NCBI GenBank assembly: GCA_963788655.1
Contig: CAWBHS010000012.1
Location: 1-63,346 of the forward strand
Direction of reading: 5' to 3'
Length of the DNA: 63,346 nt
Source of the DNA: an uncultured Verrucomicrobiae bacterium
GTDB taxonomy: Bacteria; Verrucomicrobiota; Verrucomicrobiia; Limisphaerales; JAFGQR01
Below are positions 1-9,880 of the stretch, piece after piece (the stretch's first letter is position 1; each line of letters opens with the position of its first letter). The notes under the pieces were generated by a model. That model made no database searches. It saw nothing but the letters and a program-made list of their open reading frames with translations, and was not told the origin of the DNA. Position numbers and translations under genes: made by a program.

Positions 1-36
1 ACAGTTCATGAACTCCGGGTGCGGGCATTTGAATCA

Positions 37-160
37 GCCCAACAAGCGGATGCACGCGAACCGCCGCCCCGAGTTTCGGGTCGGACGCGATGGCTATTTG
101 GACGCTGGATTCGCGCCAGCGCCCGTTTTCGGCGGCGGTCGGTGATCCTTGTCGTTCGGC
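37..160 (+). mobile_element. integron attC-like site 1
   Basis: R'' GCCCAAC (37-43) and R' GTTCGGC (154-160); imperfect inverted arms GGATGCACGCGAACCGCCGCC / GGCGGCGGTCGGTGATCC; 124 bp long. Confidence 0.65.
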
Positions 161-200
161 TGCACATGATGCCGCCGCCTTGTGGAAAGACCGGCAGCCG

Positions 201-493
201 ATGAAAAGAACATTTCGAACGCGACGAGAAGTTCGATTGTGCATGTGGCTATGCGCTGTTCTTGGCTGCTTGAGTGCTGTTTACTGGTACTGAGCTTTGG
301 TCCGGCGTGGCGCATGTATGCGACTGGCCACATGAGTCAATCCACATTTCTTTCAGCGTACGATCCGTTGTTATCGCTAGTCGAACACGAACATTGTCCG
401 ACTGCGATCCGGCAGGTGTTTGATTGGTACGCACGTCTATGTAATGATTGGAGGCCGGTGTCTCCGGCAAAGGCACGCGATAATAAATCCTAG
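201..493 (+). pseudogene. cassette-borne hypothetical membrane protein, apparent frameshift near 288
   Basis: ATG at 201 gives MKRTF...AVYWY*, which continues in the 182..493 frame as LSFGPAWRMY...; lies between the two attC-like sites. Confidence 0.35.
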
Positions 494-575
494 GCCATCG
501 CTGCGGGTGAGCGCGGTGAGGTCGTATTGAGACCGGAGGTTCAAGGCACCAGGATTGGAGCATGAAAACGAACAT

Positions 576-703
576 GCCTAACAATGAAGGGTGGAGACGA
601 ACTGCCGGCTCGCCCGTCCGCTCAACGCTGAGCGGCGACTCGAGAGTGCCTCGTGCATTCCACCGGTTCTGTCGGCGGCGGTCGCTCACCCCAATTGTTG
701 GGT
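576..703 (+). mobile_element. integron attC-like site 2
   Basis: R'' GCCTAAC (576-582) and R' GTTGGGT (697-703); arms GGGTGGAGACGAACTGCCG / CGGCGGCGGTCGCTCACCC; same architecture as site 1. Confidence 0.65.
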
Positions 704-733
704 TAACAAATGAAGCGAATTGAGAATTGCACA

Positions 734-1735
734 ATGAATCGAAAAGAGTTCCTCGAGCTTTCGGCGGGCATCATCGGTGGACTTGGCATTCCCGGAGTAA
801 TCGCGGACTCCGCCCGAGCCGCGGAAACCGAATCGAGCAATGGCGCCGCCTTGGACGATTCCTATCTGGTGAGAGGTCTAACGGGAATGGTTCGGGCCGA
901 GGGCTGGTTCGATGCTCATTGGGGGGCGGGCGTTCTCGCTGGCTATTATTTGTGCCGGGACAACCACCTTGGCGAAGAAGCCCTGGCGACGCCGCTGCCG
1001 GATTTGCCGGCCACGCTGTATCTGGAGTTCGCGCGCAACGGCAACCGGAGCCGGTTCGAGGCCCGCCACAAAGCCCGTCGCCAAATGCTGCATTACCTGA
1101 TCCTCGCTGAGTGTGTCGAGGCCCGGGGCCGGTTCCTTGATGCCATCGCCAACGCGGCGTGGGCGATTTGCGAGGAATCGTCGTGGTGTTATCCGGCGCA
1201 TATCTCCGCGCAGGCCGCCGGGGGCGGTTTGCCGGATGTCAACGAACCGATCGTGGACCTGTTCGCGGCGGAGACGGCAGTTTCACTGAGCTGGACGTTA
1301 TACCTGCTCGACGACGAATTGGACCTGGTTTCGCCACGCCTGCGCCCGCGCCTCGCCCAGGAAATTGACCATCGCATTCTGACGCCATTTCTCGAACGCG
1401 ATGATTTTGGCTGGATGGGTTTCTACCAGGTTACCCGCACCCATCGGCCCAATAATTGGAATCCCTGGATCAATGCCAGCGTGCTCACCGCTTCGCTGCT
1501 GGTGGAACCGGTGGCTACGCGCCGCGGGCAACTGGTCCACAAAGTCCTGCGCAGTGTTGACCGGTTCTTGCTGGCTTACCCGGCGGACGGCAGTTGCGAC
1601 GAAGGGCCCGGTTACTGGGGGACACGCCGGCGGTTAACCAAGGTTTGGGGGCCCCGAATGAACCGCATTTTGCTCGAAGCCAAAGCGCCAAGAACGCAGG
1701 GAACATCGAATATTCGCATCAAGTTGGACCCTTAA
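734..1735 (+). pseudogene. chimeric, internally deleted heparinase II/III-like protein with Tat-like N-terminus
   Basis: MNRKEFL Tat-like signal; middle has heparinase II/III-family motifs (ICEESSWCYPAH, DLFAAET, NNWNPWI, DGSCDEGPGYW), then jumps to a short VWGPRMNRILL tail. Confidence 0.55.
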
Positions 1736-1750
1736 ACTGAATTCGACCTT

Positions 1751-2923
1751 ATGCAGACCACTCGCCGACAATTCCTTACCGCTGCCGCCGCCACCGCTGG
1801 AGCCTTGCGTCTGAGCTCGCTCGCTCGTGGGGCGGAGAACTCCAAACGTCAGTATCGCGCCGCCGTCATTGGCCGAACCGGCGGCGGCGACTATGGGCAT
1901 GGCTATGAACGGATTTTTGCGGGACTGAACAACGTCGTCGTCGAGGCCATCGCCGATGAAAACGCGGAGGGATTGCAGAAGGCCGCCGAACGCTCCGGCG
2001 CGAAACGGACGTATCGCGACTACCGGGAAATGCTCGAACAGGAGAAACCCGACCTGGTGAGCATTGCCCCGCGCCTTCCGGATTGTCATCCGGCGATGGC
2101 GCTGGCGGCCATCAAGGTCTGTCGCGGCATTTTCATGGAGAAACCGTTTACCGAAACGCTCGCGGAAGCCGACGCCATCCTGGCGGCCGCCGAAACGAAA
2201 GGCGTTAAAATCCAGCTCGCCCACAACCGTCGGTGGACGCCGGATTTTGTTCGGGCCAGGGCATTGATCGCCGAAGGATTCCTGGGGCAAGTCCGACAAA
2301 TCCGTTGCCAGGGCAAGCAGGATTCGCGCGTTGGCGGCGAGGACATGATCGTGCTGGGCACGCATGATTTTGATTTCATGCGGTTCTGTTTCGGTGATCC
2401 GCAATGGTGTCAGGCCAGCGTTACGATGGGTGGTCGCGACATCACCCGTGCCGACGTCCATCGGGGTCACGAACCCATTCTGGTGGCTGGCGACACGATC
2501 CACGCGTTGTTCGCGTTCCCGCAAAACATCATGCTGCACTGGAGTTCGGTGAAAACGACCGAGGAATGGGGCGGCCCGCAGCGGGGACGCTGGGCCTTCG
2601 AAATCATCGGCACCCGGCGCATCCTGGCATACCAGGACGGGTTCGGCTTCGCGTATCTCGATTCCCCGTTCCTGGCCCACAAAGATGATCGAGGCAAATG
2701 GCTGCCGCTACCAGAGCCGAAAACCTTTGCGTGGCCCGACCACGAGCGGCATCCGATTAAGAGTCTGATTCACGCCCTCGAGACGGACACACAATCCATC
2801 TGCAGCGGCGACGACGGACGCTGGACCATCGAAATGTTGGCCGCCGTTTACGAATCGCAGCGAACGCGAGCGCGGGTGAGTTTTCCCTTGGCCGATCGCA
2901 CCAATCCATTGCTGCGAATGTGA
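1751..2923 (+). CDS. Gfo/Idh/MocA family oxidoreductase, Tat-exported
   Basis: TRRQFL Tat motif; AAVIG Rossmann strand, EKP motif, GTHDFD. Confidence 0.85.
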   Translation: MQTTRRQFLTAAAATAGALRLSSLARGAENSKRQYRAAVIGRTGGGDYGHGYERIFAGLNNVVVEAIADENAEGLQKAAERSGAKRTYRDYREMLEQEKPDLVSIAPRLPDCHPAMALAAIKVCRGIFMEKPFTETLAEADAILAAAETKGVKIQLAHNRRWTPDFVRARALIAEGFLGQVRQIRCQGKQDSRVGGEDMIVLGTHDFDFMRFCFGDPQWCQASVTMGGRDITRADVHRGHEPILVAGDTIHALFAFPQNIMLHWSSVKTTEEWGGPQRGRWAFEIIGTRRILAYQDGFGFAYLDSPFLAHKDDRGKWLPLPEPKTFAWPDHERHPIKSLIHALETDTQSICSGDDGRWTIEMLAAVYESQRTRARVSFPLADRTNPLLRM

Positions 2924-3272
2924 TGTGCCAAGGGTAGTAACTAGCGTTCGATCTGGAACGACGTGGAATCAGCCGCGCCAGCGTTGGGAGTGCGCGCCCG
3001 GCTTGCCGGTGCTTTCTCACCGGCTGGCCACCGCGGTTGAGGCACCCAGCAATCGTCCCACCGCCTTGGCGCAACGAATGTCGGTGGCGCGGGCCAGGCA
3101 ATGGACGCCCCGGACGAACCCAACGGATGGCCTAGCCGCCGGACTAGGAATTTTGCTGGCCCGCCGTTGCTTGAATCTTTAACCACGCTCCGATTTTCGC
3201 CGGATTGCTGAAGCACTACGGATGTTTAGGTTAAAGGGTCTGAAAGATGGACCTGAAAACTGCACGTAGATA

Positions 3273-3944
3273 ATGCAGACAAACGACGGAACAATGGGAA
3301 AAGAGGATGCGGCACGTCTGGCAGTCACCAGCGGAATGATGAGATCGTTGCTGCTGGTGAGTTTGCTTGTTTCGCTGATCAATGCTCCGGCTCTCGTGGT
3401 TGTGCGGGCTAGCGCGGTCAACACGCCGCCGGTGGCAGGATTGGATACGCTTGGCACCAGCGCGAATACCGCGGTGGACGCGCCGGTGGTAAAGCTGCTC
3501 GCCAACGACACCGACGCCGACGGCGATCCCTTGACGCTGGTGACGGCCGGACCGCTAAGCACCAACGGCGCGGTGGTGGCGCTGAAAGGGGAGTATGTGA
3601 CGTACTCTCCGCCAAAGGACTTTATCGGCGAGGATCGTTTCACCTACGTCATCACCGATGGGCAGGGCAGCAATGGGCAGGGCACGGTGGTGGTAACCAT
3701 TCGACCGGCAGGCGCTCCGTCGCCCAACCGGGTGTCCATCACCTTAACCTCCACGGGCAAACTGCTCCGTTTTACCGGCGTTCCAGGCCAGGCCTATTTC
3801 TTTCAACAAACCACGGCAGTCCCCGGCTCCTGGACGACGCTTTCGCCCCGTTTAGTGGCGGATGCGTCCGGATCGATCGAATACGAAGACCTGTTGAATC
3901 CCGCGCCAGCCCGGCGGTTTTACCGAACGGAGTTGGCTCCCTAA
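3273..3944 (+). CDS. secreted Big_9/cadherin-like Ig domain protein with C-terminal RFYR domain (start uncertain)
   Basis: NTPPVAGLD...LLANDTDADGDPL...YSPPKDFIGEDRFTYVITDG; ends RRFYRTELAP. Confidence 0.7.
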   Translation: MQTNDGTMGKEDAARLAVTSGMMRSLLLVSLLVSLINAPALVVVRASAVNTPPVAGLDTLGTSANTAVDAPVVKLLANDTDADGDPLTLVTAGPLSTNGAVVALKGEYVTYSPPKDFIGEDRFTYVITDGQGSNGQGTVVVTIRPAGAPSPNRVSITLTSTGKLLRFTGVPGQAYFFQQTTAVPGSWTTLSPRLVADASGSIEYEDLLNPAPARRFYRTELAP

Positions 3945-3963
3945 CCTTCAACCAGAGATACTC

Positions 3964-4695
3964 ATGAACAGACAACGCAATTTTCTCGTCGCCGTTGGCG
4001 CCGGCTGGCTTTTGTTCTCCTCGTTACCCGCGCTCGCGACCACCATCACTGACACCACCCGTTTTGATGTAAATTCGGTGGTGCCCGACAACGATCCCAA
4101 AGGAGTCGTTGACGAGCGCACTTTGACGTCCGCCGTCCAGTCCCTCAGTGGCCTGCAGGTGACACTGCAAATCGCTGGCGGCTACAACGGTGATCTGGTG
4201 GTGTGCCTGACGCGCGGTTCGCAAACCGTGGTCCTGGTAAACCGGCCCGGACGCACCAGCGGGATCGAATACGGGTATTTCGACAGCGGTCTCGACGTGA
4301 CCTTCGCCGATGACGCCGCCAGCGGCGACATTCACAACTACCACGCGGTGGTGAACCCCGCCGGCGCTTCGTTGACGGGCACCTGGCAGCCGGATGGTCG
4401 CGATTTGCTTGCCCCGAGCATCGGGGCGGGCTTCGCTCCCACAGGAGCCATGGATACCACCCCGCGCATCGGTTCGCTGGCGGATTTTAACGGAATGAAT
4501 CCCAACGGCGTGTGGTTCCTGTACGTGGCTGACCTTTCCGCTGTGGGAACTCCCACCATCATTAACTGGGGGCTCACCGTGAGCGGCGATCCCGTGTCCG
4601 TGCCGGACCGAAGCCGCACACTGGTCCTGTTTGCCCTGGCGCTCGGGGCAATGTTGCTTGGCCGCCGCCAAGTCAGCTTCCGTCATCGCTCTTAG
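3964..4695 (+). CDS. PEP-CTERM/VPDSG-CTERM protein with proprotein-convertase P-like domain
   Basis: signal peptide; LADFNGMNPNGVWFLYVAD; C-terminal VPDRSRT + hydrophobic helix + RR. Confidence 0.75.
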   Translation: MNRQRNFLVAVGAGWLLFSSLPALATTITDTTRFDVNSVVPDNDPKGVVDERTLTSAVQSLSGLQVTLQIAGGYNGDLVVCLTRGSQTVVLVNRPGRTSGIEYGYFDSGLDVTFADDAASGDIHNYHAVVNPAGASLTGTWQPDGRDLLAPSIGAGFAPTGAMDTTPRIGSLADFNGMNPNGVWFLYVADLSAVGTPTIINWGLTVSGDPVSVPDRSRTLVLFALALGAMLLGRRQVSFRHRS

Positions 4696-5202
4696 TAGAG
4701 GAGGCCGGAGCCGGAAGGGCGGACTTGAACCGACCGCAGTGGTCAATGTCCGTTTCACGGCTTCAGGCCCCTCAACGAACCGGACGAGCAGAATCCCACA
4801 TCCGGCTCTCCGAGCACCTTCATCACATTGCTTCATCGCGCCTTCACGGGCCGGGTCCAGCCCGCCTTCAAAGGCAGCGGCCTCAGGCCATCGAAGGTAG
4901 GCAGCGGCTTGTCCGGATAGTCCGTCCAGAGCGCTCGGGCGCCGTCCTGTTTGATTCGGCGCCGTAGGACAGGCGTCTCGTCCGTCTCGAATCGCCAAGC
5001 ACACCCGCCCCTGAGGGTGTCCGGGAGAGACTTCCTACGCCGCGGTGCAAATCGATAGTTGGCAGTCGTTCGGACCGGCGGGACTCCGGTCCTATTGAAT
5101 CGTCACGGTTCAACCGCAATGAGACGAAGTGCATAAAGAACGTGAGTGAGTATCTTTGCGCGCTTCGTGTCCTTGGTTTGCTTTTCGAAGTCCGCTTCGT
5201 CG

Positions 5203-8200
5203 CTACGGCACAATTTCCGGTTTGGCCGTCTCGCCTTCGATCTGCGCCGGCAAACGCCAGACGTGGGTGCCATCCCGGTCGGTGAAGTAGAGCTGCGAGG
5301 CGGAAGGCTGGCGTGCATGCCCGTCAGCCCACAAGGCGTAGAATTCCGGCTGCGCGTTGAGCGGGCGCCGGGCGTAGGTGTGATTGAACGGACTGTCGTG
5401 GGTGAGTTGCCTGAGTTTCTTCCAATGCGCGCCCTGGTCGTGGCTGATCCACATCACCATTTCGCCGCCGGGATTGTACGGCTGGGGACCAGTAGCGGTC
5501 GGGGCGATAATGCGCCAGGTGCCGTCCGCCTCCAGGTAAAGCGAGCCATGATCGTAATTGTTGTCGGACGTGGTCACGTCATGCACTTCCCACGCGGTGC
5601 CTGTCCAGCGAATGGTATTCCATTGGCGCGGTCCATTTTGCGGGCCGGAGGCATAACCCTTGGCTCGTCAGAAACAGAATTACGGGCCGACCTTTGGCGT
5701 CGAAATTCAGGTCTTTCAAATACACCAATCGGCTCTCACGCACGGAATCGTAGATGAGGGCGGCATTCTGAGCATTGGTCAGGGGCAAGGCAACCGGCGT
5801 GTCCGCGGCAGTGCTCCACGTGGCCCCGAAGTCAGCGGTTTCGAGATAATAAATGTTGGCCCGGGCGTTGAGACCCAGCGGTGAAGGATGAAAATCCAGG
5901 GCCGTGGCCAAGCGTCCCCCGTGCGGCCAACTGATCTGGTAGTCACCTTGGGCGATGGCTGCCAGCGCGTGCGGCGAAGACCATTCGCGCCCGTCGCGGC
6001 TGGTCACCCATCCGAGGCAACGTTGCGCTTTGACATCCAAGCCTGCGCCGCCGTAACGGGTATGCAGGAAGACAAAGCCCTTGTCCTTCAGATACCATGC
6101 TTGCGGATACGAGAAATTGCCGGTGAACACCCGCTCGAACTCGTCGATGGAATACGGCTTGGTGCTGCGATGAATGTAGGAGGGCCGCGCGGTGCCGTGC
6201 GAGGGCGAAAAGACCCACAGGTAGCCGTCGGCGTCCACCGCCAATGTCGGATTGTCATGCGCGTCACTGGTATGCTTGTTCAGCAGGATCCGCGGACGCG
6301 GCACCGTCCCGGTGGCATGATCGAACCAGGAAACAATATGCAAGACTTCCTGCCGATCGGCGGCCTCGCGCGCCGTCGTGCCGCCATACACGAAAAACGT
6401 TTTGTTCACTTCCGGACAATAAACGGCGATGGGCTCGTGCTGCTGCGGATACGTAGCCATGCCGCCGCTGTATTTGTAGCGATACTCATCTTTGGACGGC
6501 TGGTTGTAATACCAAATCCCGCGATAGCCATCGGCTTGGGGTAACACCCGAATGGTGTTCGTGTCACGAAATTCCAAGCGCACCGGGCCGAGCAATCCAG
6601 AACGCATCAGGGGATCGTCGGAAGCAAAGCCCTGATACGCTTTGAGGGTGCGCGGGCCTTGCTGGAGGGCCAGGTTGGACTTGGTTATTCGCCGGGCCGG
6701 CGGCAGCCCCGGCATCGCCGATGAGCCGGTTGACCCAAGTGTTGACAACATCAATCTCGAGTTCGTTCCGACCCGGCACAGCGGCGCCTGACAGTTCCAC
6801 GTTCCACGGATCGGTCCACACGATGCCAAGGTCTTTGCCGTTCAACCGCACTTGGGCAATGCACCTGACTTCGCCGAGTTGGAGGTGGCTGGCGCGCCGG
6901 GCTTCGTCGGCAGTCAGCTCGAAGGTCTTCCGATACGTGGCGCGGCCGGAGAAAAACCGGATGCCGTCATCGGGGTTTTGGTCCCATGGAATGAGCTGCG
7001 CAAACACGGCGGACTCCGGCGCTCCGCGGCCGGGCTCGAAGTGCAGGGTCCACGGTCCAGTCAAAGTTGCTTCCGTCGAGCGCGGCGGCGCTGGCGGCGT
7101 GAATGCAGGCGGCTGCCCAGGTTGGCGGAAGACCACGAACATTGAACCGTTTTCCGGCAGCGTCAGCGGAACAATCGTGCACGACCGTCGTGGGTCACCC
7201 GCCAATTGGCCGCAGTGGTGATTGTGCCATTGACTGCATTCCAAAACTCCGCCTGCTTGCCGGCTACGCGGAAGGTGCATTCGACGGCCCCATGACCGGA
7301 GACGAAGTAGATGTCGGTACCGCCGGCCCGACGATGGGTGTAGTCGCAAGGACCTTCAAAATCCGGCGCGAGGTGTTTCGCGTTCAACGCCTCGTCCAAA
7401 TCCAGCGCGTTGTTCCAAAGCTTATCCGCCAGGCGGCGCACTTCGGTATCGCACGCTGGATAATTGGCGAGTCCGGGAGCACGTTCCGGTTTACGCTGAC
7501 CAAAGACCACCGTGGCGCCGGCCTGCTTGAGCGCAGCAATTTTGCGCAACGCTGGAGGTGGGACGGTTTCGTCATCCAAATCCACGACCAGGACGCGATA
7601 GCTCATGCCGTCCGGTAGCACCAGGTTACCGTTCGTGACGGCCATTCGATTGAGCAACACTTCGGTATCAATGAGGTCATAGGTATAGCCCGGTGGCAGG
7701 CGCAATGTAGCCCGCGAACTCCAATTGGAACCGCGCCCCCAGTGCTGATACGTCCGATCCCCAACGTAGGCGCATACGTCGCTGACAAACTGACCCTGCC
7801 GCAGCATGAATTGGCAACGCGCCAGATAGCCGAGGAACGGCCCGGCCAGCGGGAACCACGTCACGTTGCGGTTGATGTGAGTGCCGGCGAAATACTCGCT
7901 GCCGGGCTTTCCGAATTCCGGTGGCGAACAGGTGAACGTGTGCCAAATAAACTGATTGATGCCGTCGCAGAAGGCCGCGTCGGCAAACGGTTTCAACGCC
8001 GCGGGATAAGCCGACCAGTGCCGGGTCATGTGCGTGAACGCCTCGGTGGCCGCGAGTCGTTTGCCGTAAACGTGCGCGGTCATGGCTGGCGGACGGTTCA
8101 TTTCCTGCCGACGCTTGATCGGATACCCGGTGAACCAAAATTCACCCTGCGGCATGTCGTTCCGGCCCAGGAACGCCAGTTGGTCGGCCTCCCGGAACGA

Positions 8201-9313
8201 GGCAAGTCGGCGGTTCCACGGGCCACCGGATTCGGAGTGCCATTGCAAGCCGGCTTGATGACACAAGTCCTGCATGGTGCCGTAAAAGTTGTTGCGAAAG
8301 GTGTCACCAAGCGTCTGATAATAGTCGTGCAGAAAACGCTCCGATTGCTCGCGGCTTTTCAGGGTGAAGCCCGCCAGCACGGGCAACCAAGGACGCAATT
8401 CGTAACCGCGATACTTGGCGAACTCCCGCTCGAGCGCCAAGGTCCACGTCGGCACGGCACCCTCCCAACTCACGCTGTAGAAATGCGTCAGCGTGGTGCC
8501 GGCCAGTGGTCCGGCATCGTTCAAGATCGTCCGCCCCATCCGTTCGAAATGGCGCTCGACCGCTTGCGGGTCCAGCACGTCCACGTCGTATTCGTGCCCT
8601 TCCATGGTAACGCATCCAAACCGGAGCAATGACCACGTCCCCGCCGGCACATTCCAGACCAGGCGGCCTTGCGCATCCACATTGGCGGTCAGATCCACCA
8701 CTTCCGTAGCGGCATCCAAAGAAGGAAGCCGGGACGTAACTTCGTTCCAATTATCCGCCCCTGTGGCTGTTGAGGCCGGGCCGTTGCCCCGGATTGCCAT
8801 TAGCGCCACATCCCAAAACCGCTTTCCCGATGGACGCTTCAATTCGTAGCTCAATCGCTGCGGTCCTTGCACGGTCGCGGCGGACCAGATGAGTCTCTTG
8901 GGCGCGTCGTCGCCGACCAGCCATGGTCCTTTGAGCGCCCCGGCGCAACTGCTCAGATTGATGCTCACCTGCAAGTCCAAGCGGTGCGCTTCAGTGAGCG
9001 TGTGCTTGACCATTCGCTGCCATTGCGGGCTCATGAACTCCATCTTGCTCGGTGGCATGACCACGTGATTCTGGTCGTCATGATAGCCGCGGGCGTCGAA
9101 CATGAGGAACCCGCCAATGCCTTGCGCCCGCATCGCTTCCAAGTCGCGTGTAATGGTGCGCTCGTCCACGTTGCCGTTGAGCCACCAGTAATACACCCAC
9201 GGCCTGTCCGCCTCGGGCACGTGACGGAAACCTTGTTCCAACGAAACCGTTTCGGCGCGCGTGCCGGTCAGCGAAAGCGCCAGCAGGAAGATCAACAATA
9301 GCCTGGTTTTCAT
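5203..9313 (-). CDS. GH106 alpha-L-rhamnosidase-like glycosidase fused to a BNR_4-repeat domain (frameshifts near 7185, 6715, 5662)
   Basis: RPWVYYWWLNGN, MPQGEFW, AATEAFT; C-terminal VVNTWVNRLIGD and SGLLGPVRL read in frame into ADGYRGIWY...DAHDNP (BNR_4). Confidence 0.75.
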
Positions 9314-9424
9314 AGGTCACTAATTCGGTCTGCGCCGAAGTTTGTATTACAATTCAGGACTCAAAGCCACAGGGTTTTCCGCATGAGCCGTCGGTCGGCG
9401 CACCGGCGTTGTCGAGCGCCGCCT

Positions 9425-9709
9425 TCCCCCTCACCCCAGCCCGCTCCCTCAGGGAGAGGGAGAATCACCCTCCGCTGGTTTGAAATGTTCGACGCGTTCG
9501 GTTCTTCGTTCGGCCTTTGGGCGAACAGACAAACAGCGGAGATTGCAGTTGGTTCTTGCGAACATCTCGCATCGGCCGACTGCTGTTCCCTCTCCCCGGA
9601 GAGAGAGGGAGAATCGATGACCCCACTTCTGAAAACACGATGTCCCTTGGTTTCCGTAGCGGACCTCCATCTGTTCCCTCTCCTTGGGGAGAGGGTTAGG
9701 GTGAGGGAG
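9425..9709. repeat. REP-like palindromic elements (CCCTCACCC...GGGAGAGGG family), about 3 units
   Basis: ccctcaccccagcccgctccctcagggagaggg; ttccctctccccggagagagaggg; ttccctctccttggggagagggttagggtgaggg. Confidence 0.7.
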
Positions 9710-9880
9710 AAGGAGCCGATTGAATATCACCATGCGTAGTCCATCCCAAGCTCTCATCAGTACTCCTTGGTCCAGGCCCTGTCGTCTATCCGGCAGTCTG
9801 CGCCGTATGAACGCGGCCCAGCGCCGGCACCCCGGCACCAACTTGATTTTCCCCACCCCACAAGTAAACTGTTCCCATTC

